A stretch of 64,000 nt of DNA from NCBI GenBank assembly GCA_040954595.2, contig CM082590.2:11160655-11224654 (forward strand). The letters are read 5' to 3'. This stretch comes from Balanoglossus misakiensis. Lineage: Eukaryota; Animalia; Hemichordata. A model generated the notes under the pieces. That model had not been told where the DNA came from, did no database searches, and saw only the letters and a list, made by a program, of their open reading frames with translations. Positions 13,501-27,500 of the stretch are shown one piece after another. The translations under genes were made by a program, and so were the position numbers. Each line of letters begins with the position of its first letter. The first letter of the stretch is position 1.

Positions 13501-16500
13501 AATTATCCTCTCAGACGAAGTGGAAAACTGCATGTCGTAACAAAACATAAAACGCTTAATTTCGGCAATCTTTGATGTGTTTGTTGCTATTCTTCTACCA
13601 AGAAAAAAAACACCAGTAAACATGTCCCCATAATAACATGTTATGTGATTTATATGGTCATTTATACTTGTGGAAATTATATGCCTTACAACTGTTTATC
13701 TCATAAGAACATTTGCCTTGCAACCTGACGATTTGCCAAAGTGGTGACGTTGGTTGAAATGGTGTGCATAAAACAATATCACGGTGGAGACCGTGAGATC
13801 TGCGTTGGCTCTGAAATATTCGGTTGTTGTTAGTGTTCAGCAGTAATGTTTAATGTCCAGCAACTTTTAGGTGAACACAACCTTTAAAAACTGTAGTAAC
13901 TGAATGCGTGCGAAAAAAGCCACCAGCCAAACATATAAAATACCATCACCTGCTTTTGGACCTCGGCTACACAGAGATTGAAAATAATAGAACCACTTGT
14001 GGAAAGGTTTGGCACATAATAAAATCCAGTCTTTGCTTTTGTACACCGCATTTTACTGTATCACCCGCGGCAACAGTCGATGAACACAAAAAGAACAAAT
14101 CTTGCTTTCACGGGTCATTTAAGACCATAGTCGGGGTTTAGGTAATAAACTTACTGGATTTTCCAACCCATAAATTTGTGTTCTTGCAGTAAAGAGCCCT
14201 TGCGTCGAAGCGATCTAGTCACAGTGCTGTATTCAGGTTGATTTTACATAGCCATCGACATCATGATAAGACCTAGCCAATCATATATTTTCACTTGGAT
14301 GACCACGTTTAATTATGGTTAAAATGTGTCAGGAGCTTATCTAAGTAACTATTATTTAATAGACATAATAGACCTAACATATCTGAGATTATTTAAAGCT
14401 TAAAAAGTTTATCGCATTGTAACTCATGGGGCTTTAACTCGAACCTTTCGCGGAGAAGCGATTACATCTCATGCGCAATCTGTCAGCCTTCGTTTGGCCT
14501 TGCAATTACTCAATTAAAGGTTTGACTTTGGACCATAGCCCTGACAATACTTGACAATATGGTATTGTTGTTGTTGAAATGCATTCAGTGAACAAAAATC
14601 ATTCAAAGATGAGACAACCGTCAGCCAGAGGAATTCGTCAGGGATGATGTTATAATAGTTAGCCGTCGATTAAAAATAAGAGAGACGACAATCGTGTCCT
14701 TGCAACTTTTGATGATTCCCACAAGCTCGGGTACTAGAATTGGGAGGCAGGGAGGGAGGGAGAGGGAGAGAAAGAGAGAGAGACAGACAGACAGAGAAAG
14801 AGGAAGGGAGAACTTTTAAACAATTTTTCTCGCTCACCTTACTGTCAGATTCTCAATAACTTCGGGATTTTTTTCCAGTTCTGCGCGGAGTTCTTCAAAA
14901 CTGATCACTCCGCAGTTCTCCGTATCCGCGGCTTCAAACAGATCCGTGGTGAGCGCGTCTAAATTCTCATCACTTATCTGCAAGGCGCTCTCTTCCATAC
15001 AAGACTTCAAAACGGTGTACAACTCTTGCTTCTCGATATGCTCGTAATCTGCAAAAGCCATTTTGATGGTTTAGAATGAAGAATGCAAGGTTCCCCTTTC
15101 CACAATACGCTACTACCTGAAGTGTCCTCTCTGTCTGGGAGTGTACCTTCAAGTGACAGCGATGGTCCAAACCTCAAGACTTTTGTAAAGGGACATTGTT
15201 TATTGTTACTTCATCCGTGACGAGTTGTGGACCACCTGCCGGGCACATTTTTAAATCATGTGAAATCACCAGGCCATTAGTAAAAAAGCTATTCTTGCAG
15301 AGTTAGTGATATATAGTCTGAGCTCTTATTTGTATATGACTACTATGGTGTTTGGCATTAAACTTAAAGCGCAAGGACGTCTTAGCGTGGCTCCCCCGAT
15401 ACAATATCCCCGTCGTAAACGGTTAAAATTTAGACACGACTTGAGTCAAGCCGACCATGGGACACGTTGGAAAAAATGTCCCTTTTTCGCGTTCGCTTAG
15501 GGCAAGTACGTACGTTTTTCTTCGACGCAAGAAGTAGTGAAGCGTGGATTATTTATATGGACCCAATTATAAGATTTACCCAATGCTACTTGGCACTAAT
15601 TGTCCGTGTATCAAAAGGACGTAAATAACTTTTACGAGCCTGGGGAACACTTAGTCAAGACACTTTGATCCGTCGCTCGAATAATCTCCGAGTGGAGTAT
15701 ATACACTTTGACTTACAGTCCATTTGAAAGATTTTGTCCTCTCGGACGGTTTTAAGTTTTGAGATGGTCATAATTCTATGGCTGTACACTTTCCAGGACA
15801 ACCCCCACCAGGAGTTCATGGCCTGGGAGCAATTGAAGTTTTTATAAAAGCAGGTTTTCCTTTTATACGTCGCTGGAACCAGTCCTTTCAGCTCTAATGG
15901 CCGACCAATACTCTTACAAAAAGCCACGACAAGATTGGAGATAATGGCCCAAATGTACTTACGAAGGCGTGACCATCTGAATACAAAAACGACTTTCACC
16001 CCCATTTTGAAAGAAACCTCCCGGGACTCATGTTTATTGTTGCCCTTTTTGAAGATATCCACCTTCATTACAGTAGCAAAGTCGATGGGTTCTCAGAGCC
16101 GGGTCGTGTGATTGTTGGAAATCAAAAAACGTTTGCTTTTACAAGACGACGGGTTCCAAACAAGCAAGAAAGAAAGTAAAACACGAAAACAAGAAAGTAA
16201 ACAAACAAACAAATAAACAAACCAGCAACTTACTTACTGTACTTACTTACTTACCAAATGAATGAATGGACGAACGAATGAATGAATGAATGAATGAACG
16301 AAACGAACGAATGAATGAATGAATGAACGAACGAACAAACGCCCTTCCTGATAACTGCTGTAAAGTAAATACATGACCTGTCACCTAGATAGTAAACATA
16401 CCGGATGATATAAACACACATTTGTAGCATTACAAGATGCGACATGTTTAGTGACAACTTGTCCTCATATTGTATTGTCACCTGCTCGTCTCGGCAGGTG

Positions 16501-17298
16501 TGCACTAACGCGATCCCCAATGGTTGTGGCCACACAGAGGTCAAGACCAGTGGCGCGAGACCAGCAGATCGATATTTACTCGGGAGTTTTTTTCTGTTGT
16601 TGTCTTGTCGGTTCCCAAACAGAATGTTTTCTGTTCGGTTTACCCCGTGGTTGAATACAGCGCCACCACAAGAAGAGCTTCATGATCCTAATCACGTATC
16701 TCCGAGCTCAGTTGTTGTTTGGTGACGCTGTGCACGCCTGTGTGGTTCGATCCGATATTGTGATGTCTATTTATTTAAGTAGTCGATCCGGCAACCTTTT
16801 TGTAAGTGATATGTATATTTTGTCTAGCTGTATACGCGACCGAGATTTACCAAGTTTGTCGTGCTTGTGTGTTACAGATGTATTCTAGTTCTCAGAAGTG
16901 AATGTGGTTGACTTTTGGAACTTCAAGAAACACAGTCACCTAGCCAGCCTTATTTTGACAACTCTGTTCCGTTCATTTGCGCATGCTCTGAACGAAAATT
17001 TGGGAATCTCGTCTGTTTTCCAAACTTGTATAGAATGTACACGAAAGAATAATTAAGTCTCTGTACAGTATTCGTATTACTACAACGTGTTTTGGAAACT
17101 GTTTTAAGTATCTGTGTTATTGCTGTCAATCAGGGATTTGACAAAAGACTTTAAGTATATTCTTTGTGATATGTATTGAATCAACTTCAATATTGAATAG
17201 AAAATATTTGTGATCTTACCACGAACATTGTAGATATCAAAAAGGATTTTGAGTTTGTCTGAAGGGGAACCATCGAGAAGTAACTGAAGGCCCTCCAT
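9738..17298 (-). CDS. NOX5: NADPH oxidase 5-like, ~12 coding exons (17298-17220, 15048-14838, 13440-13247, ~13118-12917, ~12785-12604, ~12474-12283, 12104-11972, ~11835-11443, 11130-11056, 10885-10676, 10471-10204, 9869-9738)
   Basis: EF-region ELYTVLKSCMEESAL...ADTENCGVISFEEL; ARACGQCLNFN; heme histidines in LDHHITFHK..VHTVAH and FYWTHL..VHGP; FAD motif EWHPFTISSAPE; NADPH motifs IDGPYG, LIGAGIGVTPFASIL, KVDFIWINRD and VFFCGS; terminal KENF*. Confidence 0.93.
16257..16340. repeat. (GAAT/GAAC)n tetranucleotide microsatellite in a NOX5 intron
   Basis: Direct tandem GAAT/GAAC units. Confidence 0.85.
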
Positions 17299-18272
17299 GA
17301 GTACAAGTCAGATACCATCGAGTGTTGTTGTGTTATATGAAGCTCTTTCAGTCCCAGTGTTAGTCGGCCTTCTGTGATCTTCAGTGGTGTCCGACAGGTG
17401 AAACGCTAGCTCTGATGAAATGGCTTCAGATTTTCGGGAAAGTGAGCGACGAGGGACAAGTAATGATAACATACTCTTCACTTGATGATTCCCGTGTGTG
17501 TCATTTGAAATAAATTGGCAGAAAGAAGCGGAAATGTGTGTCTCCTTCGACCTCGTCTGACCTCGTCTGTCTTGACAAGCGGACAACCTGCGACATGTAC
17601 CTGTCCGTCCAGCGGCCTTGAAGCGAACGTGCTTTGACTGCAGAACACTAGTCGTGTCATGGAATTCATTGTAAGTGCTACAGAAAAACTTGTCCATGGC
17701 CTGTCTATTTCATGGATTGGCTTTAATGGGTGTCCCAATTAATGTTTAAAATATTGACAACAACGTTTAAGACTTCAATCATTCTATACTTAATTATGAA
17801 AGGGTCCCATGTCAGCAATCAACTCGTACAAGTAATGTCTACAGCTTATATAGCTATCGTTTCATCCTCCAGGCATAGTGCTCTAAGTCATCAATCAATT
17901 GTAACACCGCGAAATTTGTCAGAGCTTAATACGTCTTTTAAAACCTAACTGAGGGATTGTACGATAATGCAGTTAAACCTGTCGGGAACGTGAGACATGA
18001 AAGTAAAAACGTGAAAGTAAAACCACAAACTTTTGGGCAAAAAACAAAGAAAGAAAGAAATGGTTCTGGTCGTCATTTCGAAGTCCTTGCGTCGACCTTT
18101 TTTCACTTTTTTTGTATATTTTGATGATTAAACAAACCTGTAAGAATTTATAAAATTATACATTGATTGTGATACTAAAGATGATTTAGAACGGCATATT
18201 TCTTGGGCTTTTAAAATGCGTTCACAATCCCAGGGACCGTACATTCAAGCCCCAGGGTTGGATCGGTCAGAG

Positions 18273-18445
18273 CGCCACCTATAGTCCACTTTGTAAAATA
18301 AAAACCCTAAAAATTCAAAATGGCGACTTCCATTGGGCAGGAAATTCAAAATGGCGATCAAAATGGCGACTTCTACGGTCAGGACGCCACCTATAGTCCA
18401 GTTTGTAAAAAAAAACACCCTAATAATTCAAAATGGCGACTTCCA
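18273..18445 (+). promoter_or_regulatory. Duplicated ~60-bp unit with four CAAAATGGCG (YY1-type) motifs in the NOX5/AP4E1 divergent promoter region
   Basis: CGCCACCTATAGTCCA...TTCAAAATGGCGACTTCCA at 18273 and 18385, with two more CAAAATGGCG between them. YY1 binding is inferred from motif only. Confidence 0.5.
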
Positions 18446-18524
18446 TGTACGATATTGACATCTCGATCGTGCTTTGAATTTGAGGCATTTTATTGCAGAT
18501 GGAGGCACGATAAAGTTATCGAAG

Positions 18525-21500
18525 ATGTCAGACATAATGGAGAAGACACTGGCATCGTTGCCAGGGTTTCTGACCGGAAATTACGGCACCCGAGGTGCAA
18601 ATCTCTCGGCCGGATTCCAAAGCCTTATTCGATGTATCGGAGAGGCCAAGACTAAACACGTAAGTAATGACAAAACGAAACTACTGTATGTTGTGGATGT
18701 ATCGAAGCTACATTTTGATAATTATTGGGCGGATCGTATCGGCGTCACGCGTAAATAACTCTCAGAGACATGCTGGTAATACTTTCTGTCAACCATGCAC
18801 CCTGTTTGTAAGTATGTTTGCTGTGGTCAAATGTAAACAAATGTGCCCCGCCCCTCTTGACAGGAACCACGCCCACTTCGATAAAAACGAAAGAAGTTAA
18901 GATAAAACGGCTATTTGTTAACCTAGGGAAACGATTATTTGTGAGATGTTTGATTCTATCTTAGTCTTCTTCACCTACTTTGCTGACTAGTGAATTTTTT
19001 TAACCCCCTTTGCATATCTCCACAGGAAGAAGAACGAATTATCAAGAAAGAATTAGAACTTTTAAAGCAAAGACTTGCACATCCTGACATCAGCAAGGTA
19101 TATACAATTCCCAATGTCAAATACTAGCCGGATTGTTTGCTTGTATCATGAGTTGGTTCATATGCAGATTTCGTGATCTGTTTCCGAAAAATAAAACAGA
19201 CATATAATTGATCAGATATACTGTTTTTTGTAGCTTTCCACCTTTTCTCATAACTGAACATAATTGAATTCTTAGTGGTGTATATAGTCAACAACTACAA
19301 TCATGACTTTAGCATTTGCTTCATTACTACAATCTTTCTTTCTCTCTCCCCTCTCTCGCTCCCTCCCTTCCTGTCTTTACCCTTACAGAAACAGATGCGT
19401 GAGTACTTAGTCAGATTGATATACTGTGAAATGCTGGGACAAGACGCTTCATTTGGTTACATCCATGCATTGAAGTTTGCTCAGCAAGGATCTCTCTTAG
19501 ATAAAAGAGTTGGTAAGTGTTTATATACTCAAGTTGTGTAAGTACATGTACAGTGTACCACCAAGATCCCCCAGGGATGGGCTGGGATATTTCACCATTC
19601 ATACTTTTATATGGCTATAGACACTTCACACATATAATATATTTATTTCCTTTTTATAGGTTACTTAGCTGTAAGTTTATTTCTGCATGAAAACCATGAG
19701 TTGGTTGTCCTTCTCATCAACACATTACAGAGAGATCTAAGAAGCACTAACATCGTTGAAGTGTGCATCGCTCTGACTGCTGTGTCTCGACTTCTCAGCC
19801 CTGAAATGATGGCAGCTATTTTACCTCTTGTTGAAGAAAAACTCCAACATTCCAAGTGAGTTTCCCCCTATAGACTTGAAATAGTTCCTTGATCAATGAT
19901 GGAAGAAGAAGTGGGACAGTTTCTCAAATGGTATACAGTGTATACCCGGTACACTCTCACTGTGAAACATGTCATTGTAGAAAACCTGTTTAATTTCCTC
20001 CAGTAAATCCTTTCTGTAGCATTGAGGACATTTTTTACCAAGATAACATACTCGTGCAGTTGGGAATCATTTTCTCACAAGAGCCAGTGTGCTCAGAAAA
20101 TAAAGAATGACCTTTATTCACTCGGCACTGTGATCCTTAGTGACTCATGATCCCATTCAGAAGTTCTTGCGGAAAGAATTAAGCAGAGAAAATGATCTGT
20201 TATTTTTCAGAGCAATTGTGCGAATCAAGGCAGTAATGACACTTCACCAGTTCCACCAGAAATCACCCAATCTGGTGCTACACTTGCACGACAAATTCAA
20301 GAAAGCTCTGTGTGACAAGGATCCCGGAGTCATGTCGGCCGCTCTCTATATCTTCAATGACATCATCAAGGTGGGAGGTCATGTGATTATATTAGGGAGT
20401 TTGACCCGATCAACAGACAGACTCTTTCACCACCATGGTTTGGTCCAAATCCATTGTTTCCTATGATGTAGTTGGACCTCTATAGAAGGAAATGGGTGCC
20501 ATAAGTACAGATATTGTTGAGTGGAAGAAAAGATTTTGATCACTCATTTATGACTATTGGAAATGTTAACCAACTTTTATTTACACTCAAAAAAGAAAAT
20601 TATCTCGTAGAATTTGAGTCATTTTGGTCATTATTCTTTTTTCAGAAAGATAACAATAAACACAAAGCTTTGGTTCCGAGTCTGGTCTCTGTGTTGCAAC
20701 AGATCATTGACAAAAAACTGCCAACAGATTACGAGTATCACCACATCCCGGCGCCATGGTTACAGATCAGAATTCTAAAGATGTTGTCACTCCTCGGTGC
20801 AGATGATGTTGTGTGAGTAAATTTATGGAAGGTACATTGTAATTGGCTTAGATGCTGCACGTATTGGTAATTCAGCCAATCAAACCAAACTTATCAGAAT
20901 CAATACATGTATGTTAAAGGGAGGGTTGTCAGACTGTAGATGTGCGACTTTTCTATGTGATCATGACATATAGATGATTGTTTCTGTCTTTGTTCATTGT
21001 AACTACAGTAGCAGTTCGTTAATGTACAAGACGCTTGGAAACACACTGATGAAAGCAGATCAGCACCATTCCATGTCTTATGGTAAGTTGTCTGGGGAAA
21101 ATGAAACATCTCAGTTCAATAGTGTGAAGAGTCAAATACATATGTCTCTGCCCTGTTAACCTTGACTGCCATGCATGAAAATCCCTTTCTACTTCGCTGT
21201 GGTTTAATTATAATTCCCTATCTAAGAACCTCGCTGTAGTTAATTCCCTATCTAAGGAGCTATACATGAAAACCCTTATCTGAGAACCTCTTAATTGTTC
21301 ATTGTTAGTTGCTGAAATAGACAAGTTTCCCTGGCCTGATTGTTACCTAACAAAATGAAGAACCAGTCTTAGAGCCAGTCAATCTCAGAAGTACAGATTG
21401 ATTCAGCTGGTGTACTAGAAATATTAAATGTTACAGACAGTCTACATGTATTTCTGTGTTTTTTTTCAGCAATACTCTATGAATGCATAATGACAATCTG

Positions 21501-24500
21501 TCAGATTTCGCCGAATACACCACTGGTTGCCAAGGCAGCAGCTTGTGTAGGGAGATTCCTTAAGTCCAGGAGCAACAACCTTAGATACTTTGGTAAGTGA
21601 TCCAGCAGGAAAATCCAAATCTCAGTTCTTGTTCGTCTTAAAATAAAAGTCACATGAATTTTGTTCTGTGGACACTATATACAGACATATTCTCATCAAG
21701 AGGGACACCCACGCGGCGCGACAACCCCTTCCCTTTAATTGATAGCAGCACAGTGAATACATATTGTCGTGTTTAATTTAACATTATAATGTTTCATTAT
21801 TTCGCATTAACAGGTTTGAATGCTCTAAGTGCTGTCATCAAAGTGAATTCGTCATATGCAACAGAACATCAATTGATTGTCATCGAGTGTCTTGATGATA
21901 CAGATGATACGATCAAGTTTAAGGTGAGTCAATATGACATTTATCTGTTCAGTTCTGTTCAGTTCCAGTTCCGATAATAACATCCCGTATCAGTTTCTGG
22001 TGATGGAACAGAAGCGGTGATCAATGTTTCTCTTGAATTTGTTGACATTTCCCGGCAAGGCATTCCATTCATCAATGACATGAAGTGAGAAAGAATACTT
22101 GTGTATGTCCAGTGTGGCAAATTTCTTTTGTGGTTTTCCTGCAGTGTGCCTTCTTGTTGACTTTTACTCAGCATGCTTCCAAGGTGATTGAACATTGATC
22201 AATGTTGTTGACTGTTTTATACACTTGTATCATGTCCCTTCTCACTCTGCGGGAGTCCAATGTTGCCAGCTGTAACTATTCCAGTCTCTCCTTGTAATCT
22301 TTCCCTCTTCATTCCTTTATCTTAAAAATAAACTTGTTTTCTGAATGTTCCATGCAGACATTAGATCTCCTATATAGAATGACCAACCAGAAGAATGTTG
22401 AAGTTATTTGTGAAAAGTTGATGGAGCATCTGAATTCGGCAAAGGACAGTTATACCAAGAAAGATCTGGTCTTCAAAATTACTACACTGGCTGAAAAATA
22501 TCCTTTATGTAAATTATTGTATGTGAACGGTTTAAGTGGTCCTGGAGTCGGCTTGGCCGGCCAGACCAGAGCTGGTGTCAAGATTCCTCCTCTCCGCAAC
22601 ACATTGTCTATGTGCTTAATCTTTGTGCGTGTCAAATTTTCCTTAACTTCTGGACACATTTTCGCCACGAGTAGAGTGGTATCTGAACACGATCAACCAA
22701 GTTTTCCTATTGGCTGGTGAGATTGTACCAAAAGAAGTGGCCAATCATCTGATGAAGTTGATAGCAGAAGGTGAGCGGGCCAATAAACTTTCGGATTTAA
22801 CCATTTGACCACCTGGTTTGGTCCAAATCTCTTTTCTATGGTCACTTTTGTGTTTATAAACTCACAGCAGTATGCATCGTAAAGGACATAAACCTGCAGC
22901 TACAGATAGAATGACACCCAACCTTTAACCCTTTAACCACTATGGTTAAGTCCAAACCCATTCTTTGATATTATTGAGTTGGACCTCTAAAGAAGGAACT
23001 GGGGGTTAAGGGTTAAACTATTTGTTATTTTTTTTAGATACAGCAGCTGAGGAGTATGACCGTGAATTACGGATGAACGCTGTGATGTGTTACAACTCAC
23101 TGCTTGACAGAAAACTGTTACCAGACTCTCTCATCCATGTCATTTGTTGGGTGAGTAGAGTGACAATTGATATGATACCTCAGTCTGTCTGTCAGTGGTC
23201 ACTGTTTCAACATACAAGTTTCAAATATAGCTGTGAACAGCAATAAGCGGGTTTCGAGACACTACTAGCCCTATTGGCTCGTCTGGAGATAGATATGTGC
23301 ATATTTAACAACACGATTTCAAGAGGGTTTCGAGACCCCTCTGGTCTCGAAACCCTAATAACTGTATGTGACACTGAACACATTAGTAAGGAATACCTCT
23401 TGCGGATGTGGATCTTCAACATGGAAGTTCCAGTAGTTCTCTTTCTGTCTCTGTCTATCTCTGTCTCTCTCTTTCTCTGGCCTTCCCACCATCTCTCTCT
23501 CTCTCCCTCTGTTTGTTTGTGTTTGTTTGTCTGTCTATCTCTGTCTCTCTCTTTCTCTGGCTAGCTGTCTCTTTATCGCTTTCCAATCGTCCGCCTCTGT
23601 CCGTCTCTCTAACTGTCTCATTGCCTGTCTCTTTCTTCAGGTTCTTGGAGAATTCTCGCACCTGGTGGAGTCCTTGTCACCAATCGAAACAATCAACAAA
23701 TTAGCACAGTTGATGAACAGAAGCTTTGCAGATGAAAGCACAGCCACTTGGATATTGAGTGCGATGGCCAAGATCCGATCAAGCAGTGAAGTTTATAGCG
23801 AGACTTTTGCTGACGTTGTGGAAAGGTTTACAGTATCAAGTCATAATAATGACATCAGACAGGTAAATCTTAGTTTTGGTTTTGTACGTTGTGAATGGTT
23901 CACTGTCCACAGACCCATCCCGAAATCCTGTTGTTGTTTTTTCGTTGGAATAAATATTCTGTGGTCACAAACATGTGCAATCATGTATATTTGTCTGAGG
24001 TAATGATTTATAGCAATTACCACATATCAGTCTTTGAATTTCTCTCAACTTGTCTTATTTTCAGAGAGCCTGTGAATTAGAAAAACTAAACCAGGATCAT
24101 GGTTTGATGAAAAGCGCATTGCCAGCACCATCCAGTCAGAATTTGGAGGTAAACACAGAAATTCATTAAAAATATCGTAGTTGTAGGTCGAGTATTTGTT
24201 CTAAGATATCATGTAAATTGTCAGCTTTTGTGCATTATTTGCTGTGCTTGCCAGGCTCTGATATATTTTTATGGCATGTTTGATGTCGAAGAATTGTTTT
24301 TTTTTTATTGCAGATTGATTCTACCTTATCGTTTCTTGATGAATTTGTATCAGATGCTCTGTCACTAGGAGTTCCAGTCTACAAACCAAAACAACAAAGA
24401 CAAACACAACAACTATCAATGGGTGAGATTTTGTCTTGATATCGTAATTCATTTCTGTGGTCTGAATCGATTGTGAACTTGTTTGTACTATTAAACATGA

Positions 24501-27500
24501 TAACTCTTGATCAAGATTCAAGTACTGTACCAAGGTATTTGTACTTTTGAATTTTGGCAACATGTTGTCAATTTAACTTTGGTCTACATTTTACTGACAC
24601 ATATTTTGCTCTGTTTTACCACGCTCTTCATAATTTGGAATAGTAAAGAAAGGTTGGTATATGCTGCATGTATTGAACAGGCTACTTGTAATTTGCTAAC
24701 AAGATATGTTTGTTTGCCCTGAGGGCAGCGAAATCTCTTAGACCCGAAGCAGCTGAAAGATATTGCAGATTGATAGATATACACTATATGCAATTCTTTA
24801 GGCATAGAAGTGTGAAACTGTCATATTGCATTTTTATATTTGCAACAAACCATGTCTTCATTCACGATCTCTCAAACATACCCATACATAGATTTGTTTA
24901 ACAAGTATAGTAACAAGCAAACATATCCAAGTGTCGAGTACTGTAACATAGCACAATTGAAATTTAAAAGTAAGATTGTCAAAATATGGTAAATATTCTC
25001 CCGCTCAGGTTTTTCGATCTCATAAATCCTATTTTTGATGTTCCAGCAATGAAGCCATCTTTGTGGTCCGGTTTGAACTTTGAGCCGTATGAGAGTCCCA
25101 CAGCATCTCTTGCAAGCACTGCATCCAAGTCGACCCCTCCTCATAAATCTCCGATGATTACAGTCGCCCTGGATCCGTCTGTGAGCTCCAGTGCATCCGG
25201 ACACAGTTCTGAGCCGTGGGAAACAGAAAGTCCAGGGTGAGAGAACGTGAAATAGTTGTCAATGTTCAAGTGTTTTCAAGATTGAACCAGTGATCAAATA
25301 ACTTCATGTGAACTTGGCTTTATACTGCCTGTCATATATATCTACCAGTACATGTATATCGATGATGAACCAAATCCTTGTTGAACTTAGTAATGTTAGT
25401 GTATGCATTCTTGTGTACATGTGTGTGCCTGTGTGTGTGTGTGTGTGTGTGTGTGCCTGTATGTGTGTGCCTGTGTGTGTGCACGTGCACACGCATGTGT
25501 GATTCCCAGCCCTTTCACAAGGTATGGGTGCCAGGTGTAACAGATTATGTTGCATTTATTTGTCATTTTCAAAGCTAGCTTTTACTTATCATTCATCAAC
25601 ACTTTTTTGACAGATCATTGGGATTGAGTCTGAAAGGAGTCAAAACAGTGTGGAGTAAAGAAGGCTACCACAAGAGCAAACAGACCCAGAACAAAGTCAA
25701 GGACAAAGAGACAGAGACCAAAGATGGAAAACCAAACAAATCTAAACCTACAGTACAGGTATGTATCATATGTCGCTTATTTATTACAAAAGTTCAACAT
25801 GCTACCATTTTGACAGCCAGGGTCACTTACTTTTTATTTTTTTTTATTTTTAATATATTATTAATGTTGTTCTGTTCATTGAAATATGGTGAATTCCTGG
25901 CTGTCTCTATCAACTCACATGTGTTCATTTTTGGTCAATACCAAAAAAACTGTTGTATTATGATAGTACATATGTTATGCCATGACCAGACTATGAGTTG
26001 AAGTGCAAGTAGTGTTTGGTTGAAAAGGTTTCAGTGAAATTCTCTTCCCAATAAAAGACTATACAAGATTGAAGCATTACTTGTAAACTGTCTTCCAGGT
26101 CAGCACAGTCACTGCCACGGCAACTCTGTCACAACATCGTGACCCGTCCGGTATTTCAGAAGAGGAAAAAAGAAAACTACAGATAGCAAGTGCAGTTTTC
26201 TCTGGTGTTGGAACAACAGAAGAGGTAGGAATCTGAGGATTACATATACATTTCTTCTTTACGTTAAATGCGTCATGACCAGACAATGATTAGATACATT
26301 CGGTGATATTGTGAGCTGACCTCAATTGTTCATTTTAAATGTACAGCAGAAGAAAACGTGAACAAAATTTTCATTTATGGATGATAACTATGCTGTCTTT
26401 TTTCCGACTGTTTTAATACAGATAAAGGACACAGATGATATTGATTTTGCAACGAAGAAATCAGCATCCAGTAAGACTTCATTTACTGATTCCTTACTGG
26501 ATGGTGTCGGACATTTAGAAATAAGTGGACAACAACAACTGGAAGCCTCTACTGTGGATTTGTTGTCTGATATCGACTTCTCCCAAGATGGTGGTGGTGC
26601 TAGCCATCTCTTGCCAGGGGCGACTTTGAACGTGGTTGCTTCAGATGGTGCATTGCAGGCTGCGCTGATACGGTCTGGACAGGACAGTCAATCTGTTGTT
26701 GACAACAACAAAACTGAGACAAGACATGAGGGTTTGTCAGCAGGATTATCTGTAGACGTTTCTGAAGTCAGTAAAGTTTCAGATTCAGATTTAGATCCTA
26801 TTTGTCAAAGGATGGACAGTAAACAAGATGACAGAGAGATTAATGTCAACATGCTTGCTGGGTTGGATAGCATCGGAAATGCAGTCAGTTTTGAGAAAGG
26901 AACCGTCGTGCTTCCAGGAAGTCAACAAGTCGTTTCGAGTGGAGAGGACAGCCAGACAAGTAAAGGACTCGCAGAAATGAAACAGGATGATTCACCCTCT
27001 GCAGATGCACAACCTCCCCCTCCAAGTTTGCTGGATAGTGACATTGACAATAGCAGTTTACCAACGGAAAGTTTCACAGGATCACCAACTCTACCTGATG
27101 GACTCCATGATTACCCCCATTCACTGCACCATCAAGAACTTGTGTCAGACACTGTAGTTAGAGTTTCCTTGTGCAAAGTGTGGAAGCCAGATGTTCTTGC
27201 TGTGGTCGTGTTTATTGTTAATCAGAGTAAGAGTGCAATAAGGAATGTTCAAGTTAGTCTTGACGTACCTTCAAATCTTAAGGTAAGCACATTATTGAAA
27301 CACTTATTCCACCAGCCCTCAAAAAAGTTTAACAAAATAATGTGTATGCTGGAAATGTTAATCTCTTCATAATTATGATAATAACCCTGCCTGAAACCGA
27401 TGATTATTGGTAAACATCTGTATTGTTGGTACAGTTGCAGATTTGAGGTAAAAAGTATTAATACACTTTCCTTTTATGTTTTGAACTTTTGTTTACTATT

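Noticed and set aside
15340-16890. CpG-richer segment and 137-aa ORF in the long NOX5 intron
   Set aside because: No recognisable domain, TIR or TSD; it may be a repeat relic or alternative promoter, but I cannot support a call.
17308-17310. In-frame TGA upstream of the NOX5 ATG as selenocysteine or readthrough
   Set aside because: The upstream frame shows no EF-hand similarity and I saw no SECIS; more simply it is 5' UTR.
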